Translations under genes and position numbers: made by a program | The notes under the pieces: generated by a model | The model's database searches: none | Told to the model about the DNA's origin: nothing | Seen by the model: only the letters and a program-made list of their open reading frames with translations | Source: Balanoglossus misakiensis | Taxonomy: Eukaryota > Animalia > Hemichordata | Assembly (NCBI GenBank): GCA_040954595.2 | Contig: CM082582.2 | Coordinates: forward strand, 9,663,483-9,727,482 | Direction of reading: 5' to 3' | Length of the DNA: 64,000 nt | Shown here: piece by piece, positions 17,939-30,031 of the stretch | Layout of the letters: each line of letters starts with the position of its first letter | How positions within the stretch are numbered: position 1 is the first letter of the stretch

Positions 17939-20900
17939 TCAAAATTTATCAACGGTACCCTGTTCTATGGTTCGGCATTTGCCCTTCCATATAAAAGACA
18001 CTGTTTTACATTCTTTCCTATCTGGGTTTAATCCGTCATCCTCTCGCTTTCTTTTCGACGGCGCGGGCGAGGACGGCAGAGGCGAGTCGGTCGTGCGATT
18101 ATCCGATTTCTCACCGAACCCGTTCGAGCGCACGTCATCCACCGAGCACATTTTCCTTTGTTTCACCGAGAGGTCTAACGGAGCAGCGGCGTCGAAGTCC
18201 ATCTCGGCCACCTGGCTGCCAGGACCTGTTGATTCCTCGGATTTTATCGTGTGTTCTGTTAGCGAGGCGGGGGAAGTGATCCTCGACTGGGTGGGGCGGG
18301 GCTGCACTTTCTGTTCTGGAAGTTCTTCTGTGGGGTGGGGTGGGTTTGTTACGAGCTTTGGAGGCTCCGTATCCATGGTTAGTCTGGCTCCGAGTCCAGT
18401 TATATATGGGAGAGCTGCAGCGTGCATATTTCCATTTATATTTGGTAGAACGCCACGCTGAAAATCCGTCAGATTGGCCAGTATGTCAACGTGGAAGTTG
18501 TTGTTAAACATTTTCTGCAACTGCATAGCTTTGGCCATCTCAATGTCTGTTTCCGTCATGTTTTGCCAATCTGGATTCGACTCGAACTTCTTCTTGGCGC
18601 CCGGTACTTTGCCGTCGTTCTGCTTGGCCCAATTGGACACGTGCTCGTAGAAGTTTTTAAGTGTCATTTGTCTGACGAGCTCGGTGTGGTAGTGGAGTTG
18701 GCCCTGAGTCATGTTGTCGAAGCCGAAGGCACGGCCGAGGCGGTAGTCCATGAGCTCGTCGTCATCCGTCTGCTCTTCTTTGATTTTAATGCCGCTCGAA
18801 GTGAAGTCCAGCGGCGACGGTTGCGACGACGACGTGTCCTGCGCCATGGCCTCTTCCCAGCGATGCTTCAGGTTCATCGCCTCGGCCAGGCCCTCGATGT
18901 GGTGGTGTTTTCTCGGCTCGTAGTCTTTCCTGGAGCTCTTGCCGGCAGGCTTCGTCCTCTTCTGGACGAGCAGAGTAGGCGGGGTCAGATTGAGACTGGA
19001 CGCCGAAGATGGGCGCGACGTCACCTCGTGCGCTTTCTCCGGAGACGAGGGGAAATCCGACGACAGCTCGCCATCGCCGTTAGCGTCGGCCGTGTCGCCG
19101 AGATCCCCGTCAACCACGCCGTCCGCCGTCTCGTCGATCACCATCTCCCGGTCATCGTCGAAGTCGCCATCGCAACTGTCGTCGTAACCCTTGGTGGACG
19201 ATCGGTCGCCGAAGAGCCGCTTCTCCTGCACCTTGCGTTTGTTCTCTCTCCGGTCTCTCGCCCGTCTGTTCTGGAACCAGACTTTAATCTGGCGCTCCGT
19301 CAAACCGAGCTGTCTCGCCAGGTGACGTTTCTTCTCGATGGTGATGAACCCCCAATTCTGTATGTATGCTGTCTCCAGTATTCCTTTCTGGACGTCGGAA
19401 TATGGCGTTCTATACCTGTGGGGGGAAACAGCACTTATGTAGTCATGCCTGATATTACTTATTAGAAAAAAATGCTGAAAAAATAGGCACCTGTTGTCCA
19501 GAAAGGTCACGTGACAGATTATTTTATTGTCAAGCGCATCACCGATTCGCGATAAAAAATCGCCTACATTGTGCAATAGAAAAAAGCAAACATACGGTCG
19601 CGATTAAAATGGTCGACATTAGTTGCTGCAAGTATGCGTTCAAAATAAACTGAATTAACAATCGGACGTTTGAAGGCAAGGGATATAACGACGAGGCTGT
19701 AAAAACTATGCTAACATAAAAACGATAGAATATGTAAATATGACAATTGAGCATAGGACAGGCGGTACATCGCTCGTCATCTTTACCATACAGATACATG
19801 ATTGTGCATCTTTTTATGGCGCCGTTGAACACGACCTTTGATCCGAGATGTGCGCATTTTAGATCGCAAAATACCACTGCTGCCCGACACATGCAGTCTT
19901 GTGTGCATTCTTTTCTAAATTCGGCACACCTTGTGAGAAAATAGCCAATTTTTAGACCATGTCCGAGTTGAACTTGTGGAGAAATTTTCATGAAGTTTAC
20001 CTGTTTGTGACGGCCCTCACATAGCCACTTTTGCTCTGTCGACTGCCAGTATCTGATGATGAAAGAACATAAAATTACAATTAAAATATATTTCTCCGAG
20101 ATGCCCATGTGTATCGTTTCCTCCCAGTTACATGTATCATATTAACCATATAATAATGCTAATATAAGAAGCCATAATTATTTTGACATCTAAACTATAT
20201 CAACAAAACATTTACTATAAAATTGGTCGTTGAATTGGTCTATAATACACTCATGTGAACTGCATGCATTGGAGATCGTTTCAAAGCCCTCTGGGTTTGG
20301 AATTACACAAGGTATCACTATCATAATTTTCTAAAAAGTGCATTTCTAGAAAACAGCTGCGTCTCTACAATGTTTCTGGACAATAAAGTAAAACGACACA
20401 CGACAATGTAAACCGTCGCCTATATAGGCCGTCATTTAATTAATGTGAAAATGGTGCTGAGAGATACAAGTGTGCAAGGGGACTAGGGACTAGTCCGCTT
20501 CAAGTCAGAGCGCGAAAAGAAATCAAACAAACAAAACACTCCACCGACAACACAAACAAACAAATAAACAAGCAGCCGCCGTAACGTGAACAAACAGGCA
20601 CCTAACAATCCACTGCGAACGAGGCCAAACAAACAAGATACGGAGCCCGGGTTTGCACAAGGGAATTATTAAGTATTGCACAGATCAATAAACTGTTTGC
20701 TGAAAATTAATAATTAAATTGATATCACCTTGTTATCGTTGATAGCTTGTAAATTTTTTATGGCCGAGTAACGCTATCTGTCTCGTATATACCATGTATA
20801 ATTACACATCGTCGTGTCATCCTCAACGGATAACGAGTCTAACATTTAGCCTATAGCCGTTGTTCTGATACACCTTTAAATGTCTACAAAATTTCTTATG

Positions 20901-23190
20901 TAGTTTCTGACACCGCTGAGACACTGCAGAGGGTCGTCAAACCGGGCGAGTAGTCTTTTATCGCGCTGGGGGAGCGTTTCATGTAAATTCCCTTATTCAG
21001 TTGTTTTTACGACTTAACATTTTAAAAGTTCTTTAGAAACGGCCGGTTTTTTATGATTATTCTTCCAAGGGCGAGAGACATAAAACCGTTGGCGAAGGAG
21101 ACCGGGTGTCAACACACCTTTGATGGTGTTATTGCTGTCCCGAAGCGAGTCTGGGAGCGAGAGCAATAACACCAGCGCGCAGAGTCAGTTGGACTACGTG
21201 TCTCCAAATGGCGCGGTTCTCAGCTATCTCCAAGTCCGCACCGGCCCTTCACAGTCGCTTTGCAGTTGACCAAACAGATGACACTCAAACATCACCGAAA
21301 AACAAACAGGCAGCTAGCTACGGGTTGTTTACCGACAAAAAAGGCCCACATGGCCAAAACCGGTCGGTTGGTAACAGAAGTCTATGGTCTTGACACTGAC
21401 ATCCATGTGGACACGTCGAAGTAGACCTACATCACGTCACAACAAGACTTGATCAAAATTCGTGACCGTTACCATGAGACCACAGTCTCCTTGCTGGCGG
21501 CGGCCATATATGACTTACAAACAGTGAATTATTTATTTGTTAAAATCTATTAAATTGTACGTTCGTCGCCAACGCTTAAAAACTTGTCTGTGTTCACACT
21601 TCGATAAGTGCTTTTATTTAGCCCTACATCAGTTTAGTACTTTTGATTTCAGACAATCTTCAAATTCACGTCAAAAATACACAGCTAATGGGGCCTTAAT
21701 TACTCTTCCCATTACAGAAATAGATTAATTGGTTTACATCCTTCCTAAGGCTATAAAAAATTTAACCATTTAGGCTTATCATGTTATCATTTAGGAGTCA
21801 GTCTGTCCACCATACCAAAACAGCGCGCCTGGGTCCTATTTTGGGACGCTTTGTTCAACAAACACGACAGCCGGAGCCTGCAGCAACAGAACTTGTGCCA
21901 TTTCACTAGAATTGTCCGTCAGAGAGTCAAAAAACACATTTTCTTCTGGATCTGTTACCTAATACATACATGCACAGCTTTAGTACTTGTGATCGACTTC
22001 ACAATATCATGGAATGCGTGTAGTCACATTCTGACCAATCATGGAAAGCCACAACGATAACTTGTGATGGTTGGTTCTGGGTAAAATTCAATGTCACGAC
22101 GTCCGGATTTATTTTGGTGATTGCAAAGACTTCGTTCTGAACATCCTGCTTTATGTAATAACAGTGTTACACTTGTAAGCTAAGTGATTACTAACTATCA
22201 TTGTGAGTTTCGCAACAGGCCCACCTCCCCTAAATAGACCGAGTATAGAGAGGGGGGGGGGGGCTTTTATATTGTAGACTACTTTGCAAAAATGTGGTCA
22301 TGTGCACAGCAGTGTATTTTTGAGTTCAGCTCCGCGGCGCAATCGCAGGTTTTGGGTTATTAATTGACACAGATGTCTTATATATCGGTTGCTCATCAAC
22401 AGATAAACCATCCGCTGACAATAATCATCACGTTTCTTTATGGTCCTGGAGCAAAGGTTGTTTGCACATCTCCTAAAGTACACCCACCGTGTCTCTTACT
22501 GTATGCATGTGGTTGAAAACCTTTATCACTAAGGGGCAATACTGATCCGGTCGCAGTCGCGCCCTTCTCAAATAAACTACTTGACGTTTATTAATTTCCC
22601 CTGTCTCAGCACATAAACATTTTTATTAAAAATAAGCTGAACGTAGAGATTAGGCTAAACCAACAGGAAGGTGAGCGAGTGTTACAATAGGGTACGACTC
22701 CGTATCGGGTAAAGCAAATACCACTGACACGCAATTTGTCAAGCTCGTCCCCGGCCCTGATTCTGGTGCCAAGTGAAAACCGCTGTGTTGTTTGTGTCGA
22801 CAGAAACGAAACCAGACTAAGAAACCGGTCAAACTAATTTTCTAAAATAAAATTTAACTGAATCGTATTACACTCTCGCTGAGTTCAATCCGTTGACAAA
22901 CAACGTTTTAACGGCCTGTTTCCGTAATATTAATTCACATTGTTAATAACGTTCGCAATATAAGTCATGGGCCCACATGCTGTATCGCAAATTGCTAACA
23001 GATGAAATTACGCGGAACAGGTTGGCAATTTAAAATTGGAATCGTGACGGTTATACAGCCCTGCCTCACAAAAATAAAAACGACTGTCGCATGCAAAGAG
23101 TCCAAATCGTAAATCTGAAAGAGCGACGGTACATGTCGCGTCCTTACCGTATTCCATGTCGGCGTAATCGGCGAGATGATCGTCAGCCAT
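17939..23190 (-). CDS. Divergent ANTP-class homeobox protein with a Cdx-resembling homeodomain near the N-terminus, about 523 aa
   Basis: Exons 23148-23190 (43 nt, MADDHLADYADMEY, GTAAGG donor), 20001-20052 (52 nt, CAG/GTAAAC) and 17939-19415 (CACAG acceptor) join in frame, 1572 nt in total. Homeodomain TNRYRTPYSDVQKGILETAYIQNWGFITIEKKRHLARQLGLTERQIKVWFQNRRARDRREN. The tail carries PLDLS and PLDFT. Confidence 0.85.
20520..20640. promoter_or_regulatory. Cluster of forkhead-type sites in homeobox intron 1
   Basis: Repeated CAAACAAACA / AATAAACA / ACAAACA (RYAAACA-like) motifs within ~120 bp. Confidence 0.4.
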
Positions 23191-23799
23191 CGTCGGTAGC
23201 GCGAACGACTGGGGCACTTGACGTAAGGCACGGAGTTCTTCAGTTGTGTCCTGGCCGCAGCTGTCTGGAATCGGCGAAGAATTAAGAAGAAAGAGGTCGT
23301 TAAAGAGAATTAAGTAACCGCGGTGTAAACATTATTGAAAGAAAGTTGGAATGAAAACCGCCGAGTTTATCCCGCGAACAGAATGATTGATCGCGTAGCG
23401 CTGTCGAGGCTCGAGCGCCGACGATTCATGTTGGTCGCACAAACGATACCACTGAAATACGCAATCCGCCGAGCGTCAGACTATTGTGAAAGCTAAACAC
23501 CAATAAAAACTGACAGTAACCTTTTCAAAGTGAACACATTTGTGGATGTCTGTCTGTCTCGGTACGGTACGGATTGTTTTAAAACAAATACACCGATTTC
23601 GTCATCCACGGTACGGTCAGAGAGCTCGTCTTGTTGATCTGACTCGCGCGGGGACTCTGTTCTTCCCGAGCTGACCCGAAGTGCGAATGTTTTAAACGCC
23701 AGCAACTTTTTTATATTGCCACGTTGTAAACTGGAATTTCAGCTTAGAGTCAGTGACGGACATTCACCCCTCGCTTTCGCAAACTGAATTTCATGACCT

Positions 23800-25835
23800 C
23801 TGCGGCAATAAAAGAAGAATCGTTACTTTCATCGTTTTATTTGCAGGGCAGGGCACGCCATATACCGGCCACCACGGGACCAAAGTGTCGGCTTCTCCTC
23901 CCTACAAAGGTTTATGAATCGTAACGCTGGGGTTATTACCAAAACCCAGTCACTTTACGTCAGAACTTTGGTTTTATGACGATTTCATTTTATTGCGTCC
24001 ACTCCAAACAACGAGGCTGGGTCGGCCAGACTTGGGTCATAAAACGTGTTTTGTAAAAGGGAAATTGAGTTTATATATAGCAGCTATATGGTTCAAACTC
24101 GTGCCCTTACTCACGCTCTCAGCTGCAGGTTATAAACACATACTGGAAAAATAGATATCACACATCACAGGGGGCCATTGCATTCTCTCCCCCTCCCCCC
24201 TCGCTCCCTTCTCCTTTGCATTCTGTCTCTCTCTCTCTCTCTCCACCCCTCTCCCTACTCCCTATTGAATTCTATATGTCGGAGAGGCAAAATCTAAATT
24301 TTAATTCGTGTGTTTTTCTCACTCCAATTAATGTGTGTACTGAAACTCGCCGTGCCCTGTAATTCAAACCACTCCCATCCTGCTCTATTACACTTATCGC
24401 GGGCGGAAATCAAACTTTATTGCGCAATCTGCATCTGCTTCGCTGTCCTCTCTCACGTTACCTAGGATACGAAACTTCGCGCTCGAATTTCCTGCTCGGC
24501 CTAGGGAGCCCCGCTGCAGAATCCTAAAGTTCAACATCTTTCGTTGTGCGCTTGTATACATCTTGTATTTTAGGTTCCATTATAAGCACTTTAACTCGCA
24601 CAGCGGGAGAATCCAGTACACATACTAAATTTATGATGCAACCAGCCAACTTCCGTCCGTGCAATAAACTTTCAGTGTTTAACATCTAAATTACTGCGCT
24701 GTGTTCTCCGTGACAAGCGATATCGGGTTACTTTTTTTCTGCTTGATGATTAGTAATCGCCCGCAGACTGCACCGTACTTTGCGCCGAGACCTCACAATG
24801 GAATGAACGCCGAGGACTCCCAAACACCGCCATTTGGATTTTATTACCGTTGAACATCTGAGAAACTAAAATTTTATGGCTCAATTATGGTTTTCACCGA
24901 AGTTTTAAGGATGTCAACTCGGTCCCTTTTATAACCCCGCCTTTCGTTTTTATGGCGGGATCTTGAGAGCTCCAGGAGAGCGAATTAGCCGGTGCGACGT
25001 CCACATACTTTGGAATTTGATTGGGTTGGAAACAAAAAACCCGCTCCGAAAACAGCCGCTCAGCGACAATGCTGAGAATGTATTCTTCTAGATAACACGT
25101 AAGCTTTAATACTCAGTTAGCGATGATAATATTAGTTGGTTAATAAATGATATGCTAGTCTCAAATTTTTCACAGGAATGGCGTTTATATAAGAGCGAGA
25201 ATTAGGCTGGCGTTCCTACCATGATGGCCCCATATGGCAGACGTCGGTCGTTCGTTTGTGCCAAGAACGAAGATTTGCACCTTTAGAACGCTTTCTTTTT
25301 ATAGAATGGCGCAGAGAGATGGGCCCCGTTGAAAACCCACAGAACAAATAAACGACAATTTATCGGTGATTGCGTCGATTCGTAGACAAATATAAATTCG
25401 CCGGTGTTTGTGGTTGAATGAAGGAAAAGAGGGGGCAAACATCCCACGGCGGTCCTCTAAACACGCTGTCCAAACATCATTAGCCGAGCACAGTCATAAC
25501 GTAATAAAAGGCTAGGCAATTAAGGCTGGAATGCCGTGCGTAATAAAACAAATATACACAAATACCGCGGAACGAGCGCTCAATTACACTTCAGATTTAA
25601 ATTACACCCATATTTTATGTCGGTCCTTGTTTTTTTACGCTTCGTGTCGGTGCGAGTCGGAGCCAAGTACGTGGAGGACTGTCGTATCAAGAGCCGCTCG
25701 TCGTCACCGTGATGGTCGCAATATTTGCGTGACCATGGTCAGAACACGCACTAACAAGGCAGCTTTATTGCCAGTACAAACACCCCTTAATACGGTGACC
25801 TTTGCACCGTTCCATATCGGGTTTTTATGACTCAT
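23800..25835. promoter_or_regulatory. Homotypic cluster of Cdx/posterior-Hox-type sites (GYMATAAA) upstream of the homeobox gene
   Basis: 13 matches on either strand, starting at about 23805, 23972, 23988, 24036, 24416, 24661, 24839, 24872, 24948, 25501, 25540, 25764, 25823. Confidence 0.6.
24226..24243. repeat. (CT)n microsatellite within a pyrimidine-rich tract
   Basis: tctctctctctctctctc. Confidence 0.7.
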
Positions 25836-28800
25836 CCTAGTACACGGCGTTTACATATGGATATTGCTCCCAGCAGTCTCCGGCGAGCTATATACGGCGC
25901 TCTGGCATCAAAGTCACTATAATAAGGACGTACTTTCGTTGGCTAGACGCCGCATTCCAAGCACACTGGGCATTTCTGGGAGAATTAAAAACTCTAAATC
26001 ACTTCAAATAGCCGGGGCAGTTGGATGTCACAAATTTTCCCAGCTTTAAAAAATATTACACGTGTGTTTAGTCAGCGGTGATAGGCGTTATCTGTCTGTT
26101 TGCGCTGTGCTCCTCTCGCCAACCACTCAATATTTTTGTGATCGTTTGACCACCAAGAAAAGTTATAGGTTACTCACGATTCCTGGTGGGGATGAACCAC
26201 GGTTTCCCGCAAGGCGCAGAGAGACACGTCCAGAGACGAAGACGCGCGGAGATAACAACCGCGCACTGGATGACACACGAACAATATAGTTTTATTCTGT
26301 TTGGCAGATAAGGACTTAAACAAACATTCGACACCCAACATGTAAAATAAATGTCAATATTGGGTACATAATTAATTTGCTTTTTTTGTTTACTGATGCT
26401 TTTAAGTCCCCCGTACCAACATCGCCGAAGACGAGCGCGATGGGAACGGTTTTAAAATGAAAAGGGGTTTTGGGGAAAACTGTGGCAGGGAATACTCACC
26501 ACCATCTGTCGGAGAAATCACCGGGATCTTCAATCCGTCGGTATTTCTGGGCATCGCTGCGCGTTCATGACTCGCTGATGAGACCGGAGATACACCCGCG
26601 TCGTCTTTTACGACCCACCTAAACATGTCTGGTGTGATAAGAGGGCCCTCCCGTTCGTGACTGGATCCAAGCTCGAGCGGATAGCGCCAGCTGTCCGTCT
26701 AGAGCTCCCTAGCTCGGCAATCTTGGATCAAAAGAAGAAGCAGGAAGTTTTTTTATGTAACACGTTTTATCTGTCCCGCCCAGATTGTGTCAACACCTGG
26801 GACGAAGCTAATATAAGGTGGGAGACGGTCGGTAATAAAAGATGTCGCACCCACGCTGATATGACACGGACAGGACGGCAATCAACAGCAGGCAGTGAGA
26901 CACTATAACGTTATTTGGCCGGACCGTTATTTTCACAAGCGCCACTGTCTCTCACAACGGTAAAAATACGGTATTTTTAAAACATGCAAATTAAAACATG
27001 CAAATCACAGATTCGATTTGCGATATTCTGTTCAGATAGATGGAATCGGTGCAAACGCATGGCGGTGGTAAAAACAGAATTAACTGGTGGCTGCGTACAC
27101 GGTGCCAAAAATAGAAACGGGAGTGCATTCCTGCGGGTGGTTTTACTAAACCCGAGCCACTTTCTACGGAGAAACCTTTGCCAATTTACCGGAGACCTGT
27201 CTGTGAACAGATCCCGAATTCCGACATTCCAAGCTGAACATAATTTACCAATGGGGTTAATTGACCATATATATATTGAAGGGCTGGTCTCACAATAGAT
27301 ACGTCTACCGCAGAACAACACACAGTGACGTCGTCCGCCGGTGGATGGATACTGACTATGAGTAATTATCAGGCTGCGAAACCGTTAATATTCACAGCAC
27401 AATTCCATTCCGTTGGGCAGCAGCAACAAAACGTGGGCTCTTATTACGGAAAAAAACGCCCGCGAGAAAGGTTGAACTCGACCCCCGTTTCTTCCCATAC
27501 GCGTTGAAACCTACCCTCAGCCAGTCTGCGCCACACCGCCATAAATAAACCACGTACCGATCCTGTCTCCTGTCAGCATTTATCTGTGCGTTACTGACTG
27601 GCGGTTACGTAACCACCACTCCGATGCCAAGGTTACCCCATCGAAAGACCGCCACTGACGGCGCGAACGATAAACAGAAGTGCCCCAGGCGTTGTTATTA
27701 TATCGACGGGGGAGTTGCTGATTGGGGCGCAATTTAAGATTTCTTTTAATTACTCGTGGTAAATTTGCAGACAGGCAATTTAGCTTATCTCTGAAAAACA
27801 CACGGCGTCATTAGTAAACGCATCCTGTGCACGCCCACTTATTATTGCATTGTTTTCCTTCGCATTACTCCCTCTCTTTCCGTCGCAAGGAGGAGAGAAT
27901 CATCAACAGCTCCTTGAGAAACGAAGACAAATCCACTGAAGATGCATATTTCAAGGATATGCAAATTCGAAATGAACAACCGGTGAAATGAACAAGGGGG
28001 GAACGTGACTGTATGTAAATGAGAATCCCCGGCGAAACCGACAAGGGTGGCAACTTAGAGAAGGAAAGCGAAGATTAAAGGGGCTACAGCTGACCCTTTG
28101 TTTCCCAATAAACAGTTCCGTGCGCAGACAAAATTGGCAAGAAATATGGGCCTTTAAGCATGCAATGTATCGTAAAATATGGTTAATACGAACGAACCAA
28201 TGGGATCAGAAGAGCTGTAGCAAAATTCATTACTTACATTAGGAGTTCTTTAATGTACATTTCTGCAGTTGCGTTTGGGCTCAAAACTAATTCTAGAAAT
28301 GGGTATGCGTCAACAAATGAACCTATTATAAGAGTTTTATAACTGTTTGATGCGGAATTGTTGTTGTAGCCCGTCAAAGTACTGCGCTCTTGGGATGACC
28401 CATACAACTCAACAGGCATATCGTACCGCAGGGGGTATGAAAACATAATATGTCACTCCTTGTATACATTTCCAATAACATAAGACGGGCAGAGTTATTT
28501 GCGATCACGCAGTTGGTAGACCCATGGAGGCACCATTGACTAGAGTTTTCACACGGAATCTTTTTATTTCCTACTGCCCATTCACAATGTTCGCAGGATC
28601 GCTGTCTGAAGGCAAATTGAATATACCGATTGTACATAAACTATAATTCCAGTTTTGTGCATGATGATGGGATGCTTAGCTAACAGTTTAATTAAGTCCT
28701 GGCTGCTGTTGCCGGTGTCTGCCACGTTTGTAGCATATCCCAAGCAGTCACCTTTCTTTCTATTGGGGGCGTCAACAGGTTGGTTTGCAAGAGAGGGGGG

Positions 28801-29917
28801 GGGGGGGGTGCTGGAAAAGAACAAAACTCGAAAAAAAAGAAATTTCTGGTAACGTTGTGGACACCAACATTATCACGGAGGAAATTTGTCTCGACAAGCT
28901 TCTGCGTCATTTTGATGGTTCAGAGTTTAAATATATTTTGTTGTACGTCACCAAATGTTATTGTAAGATTGCCATCCATAAACTACTTCAAATGTTTTCT
29001 TGCCGAAGTAAAACATGTTGTGAGAAATAACTGAAAAAAAATGTCGACTTGGCAATTTTTCAAGTCCTCTGTACTTTGTGCCACTGAATTGATACAAGGA
29101 TCAAAATCCGAAAGATGCGATTTGTATTTCTACCCGTATCATTATCGAGATATATACTCGCACAAAAAATCTTTAGAAACAATGCGGAAGTCTAGTAATT
29201 ATGCAGTGCCCCACTCACATAACTGCTGTACCGTAGCTGGGATTTTGTCTGAAGTGGGAGGGATGGGCGGCAAAACCAGAATTTTGTCACCCTACCCCAA
29301 CTGTGGATCCCTAACTATTAATGTACGTCCACTGGGGTTATTACTATACCCGCATTGTCACTTATTAGTGATTAAGGAGCAAAAAGTAAAGAACGCCGAC
29401 GTCACTCTCATAATTTTCATGGAAAAAAAAGAATGATGCGGCTACTGGGGGCATTGAACATCATACTAAGGTTTATTTGAAACGCGAGGATATTTAACTT
29501 CGATTAAACAATTTTACGAGCTTGTTGGTGCAAAATTTAAACGGCTGAACTTTAACCTTATTCTCGATAGATGCCGTTTTCCTCCATTTTACGTGTGTAC
29601 GTTTTGGATTACGGGCAAGTGGGCCTGACATTGAAGCCACGTGCCGCGTGGATTCTCTTCGCTGTCTGGTCAGCGGTGGAATTTCCAAAGAGACTTACAC
29701 ACCGTTCATCAATTTACATGTTCGTCATAAAGTTATCTCTAAAGCTTCCATGCAGTAATGCCAATGTTATTTATTGCGAGATGCGGCGGCAGCTTATGTT
29801 TTATGCAAGACAATGCCGCCTCCGACTGAACAGGATCTCCAGCGGCTTGGACGGGAGCTGGCAAATAAAATGTGCAATAATTAGTTAACTTTGATAGAGT
29901 TACAGATCAGAACTTGT

Positions 29918-30031
29918 GGAAGGGGGCACTCGAAAGAGGTGGCAACGACTGGATTCAGATTCTTGGTTGCCAAGTAACGACGTTGACGTCAGATGGCGGT
30001 CAACAGACTTCGGTCGTGAGCCCCTGCCTCC
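29918..30031 (+). ncRNA. Candidate structured RNA element, family unrecognised
   Basis: Terminal stem GGAAGGGGGC/GCCCCTGCCTCC encloses CTC-GAAA-GAG, TGGCAAC/GTTGCCA, GTTGAC/GTCAAC and GAC-TTCG-GTC hairpins. It could instead be a promoter motif cluster or a repeat. Confidence 0.3.

Noticed and set aside
18491-19465. 324-aa plus-strand ORF
   Set aside because: Antisense shadow of the GC-rich homeobox exon; no recognisable domain.
19416-19576. N-terminal part of the 545-aa ORF (MHNVGDFL..)
   Set aside because: Read-through into intron sequence; a good acceptor at 19416 and in-frame upstream exons give a better model.
17939-23190. Calling the homeobox gene Cdx/caudal
   Set aside because: Only about half identity, a loop insertion, no hexapeptide, different architecture and no ParaHox neighbours; the symbol is withheld.
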